A stretch of 23,725 nt of DNA. Source: Tubiluchus corallicola. Taxonomy: Eukaryota; Animalia; Priapulida. The notes under the pieces are model-generated. The model was not told the origin of the DNA, did no database searches, and saw nothing but the letters and a program-made list of their open reading frames with translations. The stretch lies in NCBI GenBank assembly GCA_030141605.1, contig JAQGDQ010000585.1:1-23725 (forward strand), given 5' to 3'. How positions within the stretch are numbered: position 1 is the stretch's first letter; each line of letters opens with the position of its first letter. A program made the translations under genes and the position numbers. Below are positions 1 through 10,727 of the stretch, one piece after another.

Positions 1-2
1 AT

Positions 3-107
3 AATACACGAACATCCTACATAGCCCTCAATTATTACGCCAAGCCAGTAGCAGTTTTTACTAAGCTAAAGTTACAAGGTTATAAGCAGAGTATAATGGT
101 TGACATT
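3..107 (+). repeat. Dispersed repeat fragment, copy A (similar to 3560-3669)
   Basis: cgaacatcct...aagccag(tag)cag...ctaaagtta(c/a)aaggttataagcaga(g/a)tataatgg is shared with 3560-3669 in the same orientation. Confidence 0.75.
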
Positions 108-1134
108 AAAATCATTGAGAAATTCAACATTATCTTCGAGTAGAAATTGTGGACTACGAACTCCCAATGGAAAGTTTCCAAACTAAAAGCTTGATTTTTG
201 ATACTCTTGGACACTGGACTCACTGCTGCCATTGGTGCTGCTGATTTCAGTTATTGTTACAGATCCTCGACAATTAGGCCCATGATTAGGCCTCATTCAT
301 TGTTCTGTGACGTTACCACTGACTGATTTTACGGTGCAACAAAAACAAAGTTAGAATTAAAAGATGCATTCATAAAAAAGTTTACATGGTTTAAGGAAAA
401 CTTTAGCTTTTAAGTCTATGGTAGGAAGTATTATTAATGCAGTCCACCTTTCAATATTTCTTGCAATGTTTCATGGGAGTTGGGAGAGCATTTGACGGCT
501 AGAGGAAGTAAAGGACTACTGTTACAGGTGATGTGACACATCTGCCTGTCGAACAATGTCACAAACGAGGAAGCGTGCTTATCAGTTTCGTATCTGTCTA
601 GGCTGTTTCGTTCTTCCATCCAAGCACATAACCATCTTCCTTTGATCAATTTAAATTTCCTGCACGTTCATAAAAGATCTATAGAAATATCAACCAGTTT
701 CCTGGGAGGTACCATAAACTTGGTGATTGCCCGATTCTCTTGCTTTGAGGGCCAATCACCTTTCAGTATCTCTCTACAGTATTTAACGAACTCACACTTT
801 CGAATACCCGAAATCGTAATAAAATTTTAGGGGTCAGAGGATATTAACAATGCGAGCACTAAAAATTGAATACCTGACAATTAAATTGCTCTCTACATCT
901 CAGCTAGGTTGTGGTGTTTTCGGTGTAAAACTTCTTAAATTTTTAAACTGTCTTAGAGTTCATAATTTCTACGCAGAAGGTGGGGCAAAATTATTTTTTC
1001 TTTGCAAATTTATTCCTAAATAAGAAGCTGAAAGCTGAATTATTTTCATGCAAGTTTTTGAATAATGCTTGGCAAGTGATCGACACTTCATTTTAAAAGG
1101 AAATAAATCTGAGACGAATTTGAATTCTCATAAT

Positions 1135-1450
1135 CAGTAAGCAATCGATCGATCAGTCGGACAATGTCTAAATGAGCTAGTAACTGAATAGTAAATCAAT
1201 CAATCAATTAATCAATCAATCATCTGTCAATTAACCAGTCAGCCAATAAATCAGTCAGTCAACTAGTCAATCAATCAGCTAACCAATCGACGGATCACCT
1301 AACCAACCAGTCAACTAAACTTATTAACAACTACTTAGTAAACCAATAGTCAAGCTATCCACCTGTCCATCCATCTGTTGATCTGTTTTTCAGCCTGTTT
1401 ACCATCGTGCCAACTTGTGTCCTTGTCTGTCAGTCAACCAAGCAATCAGT
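1135..1450. repeat. Degenerate tetranucleotide low-complexity tract (TCAA/TCAG/CCAA/TCCA)n
   Basis: Runs such as aatcaatcaatcaattaatcaatcaatc, tcagtcagtcaac and ccatccatc. Confidence 0.75.
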
Positions 1451-2111
1451 AAATTACTGAAAAGCTGGCAGGTAATTTGCCGAAAAACGAGTCATATTAT
1501 AATTTAATAAAGTAAGTAAAAGAAATCTTTCAAATTTTGGGTACTAGTAAAAGTTTCTGTTGAGGTCTACTGAGGTATTTGACCAAAACGCAGTTCTGAT
1601 GACAATAATTATTATTACTATTTGGTTTCTTGATTCGATTTGAGTCGGGTAATGTTGAGTAATGGCCACAGTATATTCACTAGACTATCCTAGAAGCCAA
1701 ATTCTCGGCTAAAATTTTGCACAGAAAAAGAATCGTTAAAAAAGAAAAGAATGTTTCATTAAGCAATTGTCTAATTCTATTGTACAGGACTTTACAGAAT
1801 ATTCTAAATTTTTCAAACTCTGGACATTTTCAACAGTGTAGCCATTTAACACAAAAATTGTAAAGCAGCAAATGTTTTTTTTTTGGTTTCTGGATCTGTA
1901 CAAAAGTATTTCAAATGTAAAGTTAATATCATCTTCATACATGCAGTAGATCGTGATTACTCAAGTATGAAAGTTTCTATAGTTGTGACACGCATGTATT
2001 ACTTCTGAATGTTCCTGCAAGACTGATTGTAAACAAATGATATACATTAAATTTATGCAATTACTCCTCCTAAGTGTTCCTCAATGACGACTTTTTGTAT
2101 TACTTCCCGAA

Positions 2112-3012
2112 ATGTAATTCGAACTGGAAGACAAATTGGATGTGGTAGCGCTTGTGTTAGTGTGTAACACATGGCTCTGGTTTGTTGCTGGTCTGTCTAC
2201 ATCGCCCCCTTCTTCTACGTCCACTGGAAGTTCATTGGATAATATTACAGAACAGGCTGCTGAGCCAAGGATTCGCGGGGGAGAAGAAATATTTGAAAAA
2301 GAATTTCCCAAAATAGTATTTTTAATTTTTGGTGAATACCGTTGTGGGGGAATTCTCGTCGATCACGTCTGGGTTTTAACAGCTCTTGAAACAGGGTTTT
2401 AACAGGAAAACCTCTAAAAAATTTTGAACCTGGAAAACATCTGCAAGTCTATATTGGAGATAATAATGTGTGGAAGTCACCTATAGTCCGAGGGGTTAGG
2501 TGGTACAAGTTGCATCCTCGTTTTAGGCTCGGAAAAACGTTTCTGGAACATGATGTTGCTCTTCTGCGAATGAGCAGACATGTTGAGTATACAGTTATTA
2601 AAGGAACCGACAGCGATATTCGGCCTGCTAAACTGCCCGTTTGTTGCAGCATGATTATGTTAATGAACAAGTCTTAATTGCTGGTTGGGGAAGTCTTGGG
2701 ATTAAAGGCTTACCAACGCGCACACATGACCGATTACAAAAAGCTGAATTAAGGGTAATCAATATTGGTAGTTGTGGTTATTATAAAAAAGATATTAATA
2801 TCTGCGCATATTATCCAACTCGCAGTGGTACAGAAGGTGGCTCAGGCGGACCAATGGTGTTAAAAAATACCGAAGAGACAATTGGTATTATAGTAAGTGC
2901 AGCTGGTAAAGATTTCAGTACCGTGACTATTGCTGCCAAAATTTGTACCTATTTGGATTGGATTTCAGATACGATGTATTTTTTACGTTCCTCAAAGCAA
3001 CAGTATCTTTGA
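2112..3012 (+). pseudogene. Intronless chymotrypsin/trypsin-family (S1) serine protease pseudogene
   Basis: ATG at 2112 is followed immediately by in-frame TAA. Then come a hydrophobic signal-like segment, R|IRGG activation site and CGGILVDHVWVLTA. After a frameshift (~2385-2400): HPRF...HDVALLRM (Asp102) and IRPAKLP. After a second frameshift (~2640): IAGWG, LQKAEL, ICA, GGSGGPM (Ser195), GIIVS, YLDWI, stop at 3012. The AAHC His57 motif is absent. Confidence 0.88.
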
Positions 3013-3559
3013 CACTGCGCATAACACAGCTCCACTGTACACCATAAGATATGAAAATTTGTGTAATTACAGTTTTACATGTTGGTTATCTTTCAATGCA
3101 ATGACTATAGATGATTAAGAAAAAGTAACTGTATTTAAAGTCTTGCATCCTATCTTTTTCTTTTACAGTTTTTAAGCTAAAATACTTCGCATTAAATAAT
3201 TGTTTTCATACTTTATAACATTTGTCTGGATAATATAAAAATGTTACAAAATATGACTTAATAATAAAATTTGTTTATCATTCGTAAATGATTATTTATG
3301 TTATTTATTTCATTGTCTCAAATTACTTGCAATAAATCTCACAATAAATATCTTACACAACTAGTGAACTGATGCAAAAGGTGTTTCTATAGAAACAGGC
3401 TAAATCAGATATCCTCGATTATGACACTCTCTGTACAATAATTGGTGATGATGCCCAATATGAAAGTATAAATTCCATCACATACCACTCCGGGCTTATT
3501 TATAGATAACTAGCAAAGGCCGCGCAAATAATTTTGCTTATAAAACCACNTATAATCAA

Positions 3560-3669
3560 CAATGCGCGAACATCCTGCCTAGTGTTCGTTACTTTTCCTA
3601 ACGCAAAGCCAGCAGCTTTTACTGAACTAAAGTTAAAAGGTTATAAGCAGAATATAATGGATGACGTCA
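3560..3669 (+). repeat. Dispersed repeat fragment, copy B (similar to 3-107)
   Basis: Direct similarity to the first ~105 nt of the window. Confidence 0.75.
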
Positions 3670-4383
3670 GAACAATGGCTTTGCCTCAGCAGTTTTCCAA
3701 GCGAAAATTGCCAATTGGCAACATCTAATTAACTCGTCGTCACTTCTCTTGGTGGACCTGCCTAGAATATAGCCACATCATCGTGTAGCACTGTTCTTAT
3801 TGTTTCTAAAGACAAATATATCTTTTTCCAAGAGTCATACTAAACGCCGCTAGAAAGTTTTTTCTACAGGCCGTTTGGCCAAAATTTCTGAAAAATTGGG
3901 AGTTGTGATCGAGAAAATGTGTCCATTACGAGGCGCCGTGGCCCTCTCGCGAGTTCTAAATATGGCTACTACACCCACCATTGAAAGGGCTATCTATCCA
4001 TAGCCAGCACCACCCATAGCCCATTCCCATTCTCCAGAAATAAGAGTTATAAGTTTCGCAAAAAACAGCACAAAAATGGCCATTTTAGGTAGTTTTGCAC
4101 TTTAGGTAGAAAGAGCATGATCGCATATGCAGTATGTGTTGTCAGTTGTCACCTGTTTAAAAACCGTGTACCAGCATATTCTTGTACTGCGACAATTTAG
4201 GCTATTATTCGTGAACAAACAGTATTTTTTGTTTAGGATTTTATCAAGTTTATGTATAAATTTTAGTATGTTTGTGTGTTTAGAATTACAATTATAACAT
4301 TAAAATTACATATTACGTTTGTTTGTTTTAAAGATCAAGAAACCCATATCCGTTGCTTAAAAACGCCAATACACTTCATTTGG

Positions 4384-4810
4384 AATTCAAGATGGCTGCA
4401 GCCGCATGCGTAATATATAATATAGTAATATATTAGCTATATTGCATATATAAGGCAGATAGAATGGTGGTTTTAGTATCCAGATAAAGGTAAAGGACCA
4501 GGGTTGTATTCAGAACAGATTTTCAAGATGTCTGACAACAAGTTGTCGCTAGCTTATAAAGGCCACATCTTAACTGTTAAAGTAGATAGGATGGTTTTTG
4601 TGTAAATGCAGTGTAAACGGTCAAGCAATCAACATCTGTAACATAAATAAATTTATGATATCGCTTATAAAGAATTTCAAGATGGTTGCCAAGACGGCGT
4701 AACGACACATTAGCTATATCGCATGTTCTACTGGAGGTAGGGTGGTGATTTTAGTAAAAATGTTCTACTGAAGATCGAATAATGATTTTAGTGACTAGAT
4801 ACATGTTAAA
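4384..4810. repeat. Three degenerate ~140-150-bp tandem units, probably internal repeats of a non-autonomous DNA transposon
   Basis: TTCAAGATG recurs at ~4386, ~4522 and ~4676, each followed later by a tag..tgg(tg)..tttt(a)gt-like block; attagctatat(t/c)gcat is shared by units 1 and 3. Confidence 0.55.
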
Positions 4811-6711
4811 AATCCTGGTATATAGATAACACATATGAGATTACTCTTAAAACAACCTGTTACATTCACTACCCCATTTGCAGAGAACTATGTAAAGATT
4901 AGTTCACTTGAACTATCCTAAGCAAAATGTCATACTTGCCTCTCTATGTTAATTTTATTGGAACTTTTTTTCATTTACACTGTATATTGTTTGTGCAAAA
5001 ACCTGGCGGCCATTTTCTTTTTGTGTTACTGATCCTTTACTTTCGAAGCCGGCAACAGTTTTTTGGATTCAACATAGATGATCATGGTGACAATTATAAA
5101 CAAACTATCGTTTTAGAAGACATTTCTGCAATGAAGAAATGGCCACGTTGTTTTCACTTAATAGAATTCATTTCTTGATTGATAAAGTTATGTGAACAAC
5201 CTTGCAGAAAAAATATTTTCTAAAATAATAGTTCGTCACTATAAATTGCACTGATAATGAACTTACCCATTAATATCGCAGGAATGCGCAAAATCAGCAC
5301 AAAACAGGTTATCCAAAAACACGACATTCTTGGCTTGCTGTTAGAGGCTCAAGCCACTTGACACCAGAAGCATAGTCACAGTTTTAAATTTCCTCCTGGC
5401 TATGCGATAGCGAAACTAGTTTTACATTAGTAATCAGGTACCGTAATGCTATTATAAAAAATTAAACACTCTGCCGTACATCATAATGTCATTTACAAAG
5501 CACTTTGTCATACATCATCATGCCGTTGACCTACAGAAGGGAATGCATGGCACGGAGCACACTCGCTCCAAGGTAGAATGAATGCGGATTTCTGCAGTAG
5601 ATAATAAAATAATACTTGTAGCTCAAGTTTAATAGAAAATAGTAAAATTATACGCGTAAACCAGTCTGTATTTTCCAACGGTTTGCTGATAAAAACATTG
5701 TTTCTTTTATACGCATCTCAAAGACAATGCGCAAAAGCTACTGTAAACTAGGACAATGAGTGGTTTCCAGTCAAAATCATTAATTCACGTTGTACGATTA
5801 GTCTAGATTTTTCACTTCAACACTGTTGAAATATTGACAAAGCTAGCTTGGTGCTTAAATTTTGTTTGTTTGTTTTTGAAATTCATTCAAATTTAATAGA
5901 AAAAGGTGGGAAAGCTAGACTGTAGCCCCAAGTTAACAAATCAGTCTTTACTCCAGACCCAAATAAACGAAAAACATTTGTATCGCCTCTTTCTACTTGA
6001 TAAAATTGACTAGTTGACGAAAAACCAAGAACGTGTCATTAAAATATGCGCATAATTATTGAGCAAAATTACGTTTACAATGGGATCATTAAGCAGAGTA
6101 GTTACATTAGTACAACAATAGCTTCTGATGTTTGGCCTGCTGCATACTGACAGTTAACGACCTGCTAAGCTTCACTAAGATGAAATTAGTACATAATATG
6201 ACAAACGTATTGACAAACGCATCGACTAGAATCCACCTTATAGATTAAAGGTTTCCAAGACTACCTGTAACAATAGACCACACCTAGTTATGTAGGTCAA
6301 TCAATAAGAAACTTCCAGGAGATAACATAGCGCTGTTAGGCTACTATGCTAACTCTATCTAATACAGACTTCAGAAAAAAAACTATTAGAAATAGAATAG
6401 ATAGTTCATTTAATGGGCTGTTAGGCAGAACAGGCAGTAATGTGGTCTATTACTGATTCCTTTCCCCATTGCGACTGCGATTTCCATGGTGGTTTTTCAC
6501 ATTAATACGTTCTCGTGTGAATCTAATTTTAATTCTCATTTTCATGTTACAGCTTTATGCCCTTCTCCTATCGTATTTCTCCTCCTAAAAATTACCCTTT
6601 ATTTCTGCACCTGCGCATTAATAGAAAGAGCTATCACTAAAATTAATGTTGTATAACCTTGGAATGTACCGCTGGGAGTCGTAATAAACCGAGTCATATA
6701 TTACCCGAGAC

Positions 6712-7298
6712 TAGGGTTACCATATGTCAGGGTGGGTTTTCAAAAAATCGGCAGTTTGTCCGGGTTTTGCCTCAATCCGTAAGTATGTGCGGACGTTGCC
6801 AACTGCAGAGGCGTATGGCAGTAAGAGACAAAGAAAAGCTCATTAGTTGTCTATACGAGATGTTGCTAACGTCTCAAAATGCAACCCTTGTAAAAGCTTT
6901 GTGTACATATTTACTGAACAAAAGTAAGCAATGCGCACATCACTATGGGTCACACGGCTCACACCGCTATCAACACTCGACGTATTCGCTATCGTCTTAA
7001 AATGCCGTCAGCTTCCGGAAGCCATTTTGTTTCATTTTATGTGAATTTCTGTAAATTTGTATAGTTTAAGCATAACTGTTTCTGAGGGCCAAGAAGAAGC
7101 AGGCGACTGACACTTGCAGTGTGTTAATGTTTTTTACAGTATAGCCATTTGGTATTGCTACTAGAATACATGGAGGCCTATTTGTATAATTTGCCTTTTA
7201 TTTTGCATTGTTTTAATAGACCCTAGACTGGTCATTTTTGCATACTTACAAGTGTGCGAAACCGGGACTACCCAGGACTCGACTGTAATAGATACCCT
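6712..7298. mobile_element. Degenerate hAT-type MITE (possible)
   Basis: Left end TAGGGTTACCATATGTC resembles hAT-MITE termini. Subterminal gtccgggttt on the left is mirrored by aaaccgggac on the right. Right end gataccctc is degenerate and there is no clear TSD. Confidence 0.35.
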
Positions 7299-7668
7299 CA
7301 ATCCCTTGTTTTATGAAACTTTTTCATTTTTGAGGACACTTTTAGTTATGTTTTTGCTAAACTGCTGCTAGTACTGCTTCCAAAGTTAATATCTATCATA
7401 TTACATTATGGAGTCTATTTAGGGGGCATTCAATTCAACTCATATTTAATAACATGCAATTTTTTTTCCAATAGGTTACATGTGGCACGTGATACCTGTC
7501 TCCCGTCTTGAGACACGTGTTCTAACTTGAAACTTGATAACTGTAATTGCACACAAAGATTAACGTGATGATACGCACATGTGGCCTATTCGTGACTATA
7601 ATCCCACGGGGATCATAAAACAAATTAACCAGGACCTTTTAATAAAAATGATAATTCAGCACATAGTT

Positions 7669-8397
7669 CAGAGATGGACTGACAGCGGATTTGCAGTTGC
7701 GGTATTCGCGAGGATTTTGCGGATTGCGTAGTGAAATATATGCGGATTGCTGACTGCGGATTTTTAATGCCTAAAATATGGGATTTTGCACAAAATTGCA
7801 GCAAGGAAAAGCCAAATATGTAAGGCAAATTTTCCTTGCTGCAAAATTTGCCTTACTTTTGTAAAGTAAGTGTTTGTACAAAGAGTTTACATAATTTCAG
7901 CTCGTTAAGCATTCCCTTGTGCATTGAAAGATTTGTTGCCATATTAAACGCCTTTCATTACTAGTTTATTTCAAGATTTCCTCATCGCTCCTTGCCTTTT
8001 TGCTGCTTCCCGATATTTTACCGGGAAATTCCTAGACGCAAAACATTGCCCATGGTTACAACGATTATAATTTTTTACTCGAGCCTATTATGATTTGTGG
8101 AGTTGTATGATGGGCATAATGTGGTGGAGTGACGTAGTATGTACATCGTGCTGTGTGAGTTGTCGTTGACGGTTTGCAAGCAAAATTTGGGCCTGGCTAG
8201 TAATTTATCATTGATTCGCGATTATAACTCCTAGCTTCATACAGAGAAACGGTTTTTACAATAGGGCACACATATAAAGGGTAGTTAGTTTATTGTCTAC
8301 ATTTTTGCGGATATTGCGAGTACACGGCTATTCAAATTTCACTCGGATCGGTAGTCTTGCGGATAAAACAACAAAGTGATAACCACCCATCTCTTTT
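7669..8397. mobile_element. hAT-superfamily MITE with 8-bp TSD
   Basis: ACATAGTT at 7661-7668 and 8398-8405 flanks short inverted ends CAGAGATGG...CCATCTCT(ttt). GCGGAT motifs cluster near both ends (7685-7761, 8307-8364). Confidence 0.7.
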
Positions 8398-9116
8398 ACA
8401 TAGTTGTAAAAACAATTATTACGATAGACAAAAATGCCAACAACTTTTAAAAAACAGTGCCAATGTATAGAATAAATATAAGAATAGAGAAAACTTTAAG
8501 TTCTGAGAAGCACAAGTAATATTATAGAGAACTCTTTCAACTGTTTAGCATTCTTTCTGTTTTCATTTTAAGTCATTTCAAATCTAAGTGGCACATTGAC
8601 AAGATAATTACTATATAAATCTTCTACAGAAATAATAAACAGATTACATTTACACACAATACAGACAGTGGTCAGAATAAAAAATAAGTTCATTAAATAC
8701 GCATACCCTCTATTTGACAGACATTGACGGAGTTTCAATAGCAACCCATTCTTTTAGTTGAACATGCATTACTTTACAAATACAAACATTGTCGCGAAAA
8801 ATCCAGAAAATTTAGAAATTTCTAAACAAAATAAAAATTGAAAGTTAATTAAAACCTATGAAGCACACTAAAACACAGTGAAATTCACAGGCATGTTCCA
8901 ACACTTTGCGTCACCAGTGCACTAAACGCAGCTACTGTAGGGATGCACGTGCAACTAGGATTTTACGTAATCACCTTTTCGTACCTTTTAACAGAAAAAA
9001 AGAATTTAGGATTTTTTATTGCACCAAAATATGTGAATTCCTTGCGTCAAAACCTCAAAACAATTTCTACTGTGCGACTACATTTAAAAACCATTTGAAG
9101 ACACACCAATTTAAAA

Positions 9117-9158
<42 letters not shown>
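9117..9158. repeat. (TTA)n microsatellite, about 14 units
   Basis: Perfect ttattatta run directly abutting the LTR end. Confidence 0.95.
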
Positions 9159-9499
9159 GTAACGGATCCGGGTGCCGATCCGTCTCCTCAGAATGTATCG
9201 AGCGGCAGACGAGTTATGAAAGTACTACAACAGACGAGAAAAGTAAAAAGATACGGAATGCGAGTGTAAATTTAACTTTATTGCACAACCGGTAACTCCA
9301 AAAGAATGACATGTGAACAGACTTTTGTATAAAAAATCAGCAAACCTACAGCAATCACCTTTACAGACAGAAAGGCCAGGTTGGAATCGTCAAATTACGA
9401 CATGCATTCTGTTTTATACAGGTACATTTGCATTACTGGGCTTCTCGACTATACCCATTACTAACATTATGGGGTTAGTCAAAACCCGTCTTCGTAACA
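9158..9499 (-). mobile_element. 3' LTR (342 bp) of an LTR retrotransposon
   Basis: On the minus strand it runs TGTTACG...CGTTACA (TG..CA ends with short inverted repeats). TATAAAA (~9418-9412) precedes AATAAA (9282-9277). A polypurine tract GAGGAGGGGGTAG (9512-9500) lies directly upstream. Confidence 0.8.
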
Positions 9500-10290
9500 C
9501 TACCCCCTCCTCAATTTCCATTTGTCCACAAATGAGTTACAGCAAATGCAAATGCAATTAAATTTTACTCTAGTTGGGTTGCAAATGCAATTAAATTTTA
9601 CTCTAGTTGAACCCAACAAAAGTCATTCAAAGTTGAGCAAATCAGTTTAACAAAATAATCAAAATTGTAAATAGCACTAGTACAAATATGTAGAATCCCG
9701 GCTTTAGCAAATCTATCCAGGTTTATGACAGCATAAAACTGAAAACGGTGAGTTGATAATCCTTTTTCCTGTGGGAAGAGATCAATGATCCACTTCTTGT
9801 GAGTGCAGTGTATCGATATCTATCGAGACTGTCCCAAAAAACAATACAGTCAGTCTTAAACAGAAACCAGTCTTTGCACAGCACGCTATCGGCAAAACAG
9901 GCCTTGAAACGAAAAAGCATTCTACTAGTTACTTCCGAGGCACTGAGACAACCTCTATGATGTGGTACATTGTGAACAGTCTATAGAAGTTCTCCTGGGG
10001 CGTCGGTAGGGATTCGAACCATCTGTCTGCCCGGTGAAATAAAGTAGTTGCGATACTTGCGAAGGTGTAGGGTACTCCAGCCATGTGCTACAACGGTATT
10101 GTACTCCTAGCCATAAACCATGTCTTTGAAGGTACTCCATAATAGACTCGTGTCCGTGTGTGTTTACCCAAAAATTTTTAACAATTTTATTAATGTCACA
10201 TTTTCTTAATTGTGCAATTCTAACCACAATATTTTACTGTTCAGCGCCATTGAAAAGGTTTTGCTTGAACGTGCGCTTTATAAAATATAT
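9500..10290 (-). mobile_element. PPT and probable internal 3' region of the LTR element (5'-truncated; extent uncertain)
   Basis: The PPT adjoins the LTR. A 30-bp direct repeat lies at 9547-9576/9580-9609. Short minus-strand ORFs (9723-9920, 9955-10227) show no recognisable pol motifs, and no second LTR is seen. Confidence 0.4.
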
Positions 10291-10413
10291 ATTATTATTA
10301 TTTATTATAAACTGACCACAACAATAAACCTGCTTTTGAAGACATGGATTAATCACACGTAACTATGTAGAAAAAACCGTCAGCCTAGGGTGTGGGTGGA
10401 AATGGACAAACCT

Positions 10414-10727
10414 TTGTTGTTGTTGGCATCCTTCTGTCTCGGAAGACAATGGAGTGTGCGTTTCGAGTCAGTGAGCATGCTGCACTGGTCCGCCTTCAGG
10501 GCTCCACTCCTAATTTCGAAGGTTTACTCCTCAACACTTGACCTCCTCCATTCTCTAGCCGTTGGTTACTTGTGCAGCTCCTCCGCCTACTGTCGAGGGG
10601 CATCTCACAAGCCTGCAGCACCTGGTATTCTTAGGCGGTCACCCATCCAAGTACTAAGCAGGTTCTACGTTGCTTAACTTCGGTGATCAGACGAGAACCG
10701 GTGTTTTCAACGTGATATGGCCGTTCC
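10414..10727 (-). mobile_element. 5S rRNA-derived SINE (SINE3-type): 5S head + ~180-bp body + (CAA)n tail, flanked by TSD
   Basis: The 5S head (10725-10609) has no oligo-T terminator and runs into a GC-rich body ending TGTCTTCCGAGACAGAAGGATGCCAACAACAACAA. Flanks tggaaatggacaaacct (10397-10413) and tggacatggacaacct (10728-10743) form a 16-17-bp TSD with one mismatch and one indel. Confidence 0.8.
10609..10725 (-). rRNA. Near full-length 5S rRNA sequence (SINE head, probably not a functional 5S gene)
   Basis: Minus strand reads AACGGCCATATCACGTTGAAAACACCGGTTCTCGTCTGATCACCGAAGTTAAGCAACGTAGAACCTGCTTAGTACTTGGATGGGTGACCGCCTAAGAATACCAGGTGCTGCAGGCTT. The A-box and C-box regions are retained; the first 3 nt and the CTGGGAAT segment are diverged. 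Confidence 0.9.

Noticed and set aside
2372-2405. Micro-intron rescuing the protease frameshift
   Set aside because: No GT-AG removal here restores the missing His motif, and the other lesions remain.
7000-7035. Promoter-like ETS (CCGGAAG) plus YY1 (GCCATTTT) motif pair
   Set aside because: Lies inside a probable MITE with no linked exon; short motifs are not sufficient evidence.
8906-9295. 129-aa ORF with poly-Tyr
   Set aside because: Produced by the TTA microsatellite and LTR; TTG start.
9995-10075. tRNA or tRNA-SINE suggested by minus-strand GGTTCGAATCCC
   Set aside because: The T-stem pairs poorly, and no convincing A box, D arm or acceptor stem was found.
10390-10677. 95-aa ORF
   Set aside because: Antisense to the SINE body and 5S head.
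10609-10725. Functional 5S rRNA gene
   Set aside because: Single copy, altered 5' end, helix substitutions, no oligo-T terminator, and embedded in a TSD-flanked unit.
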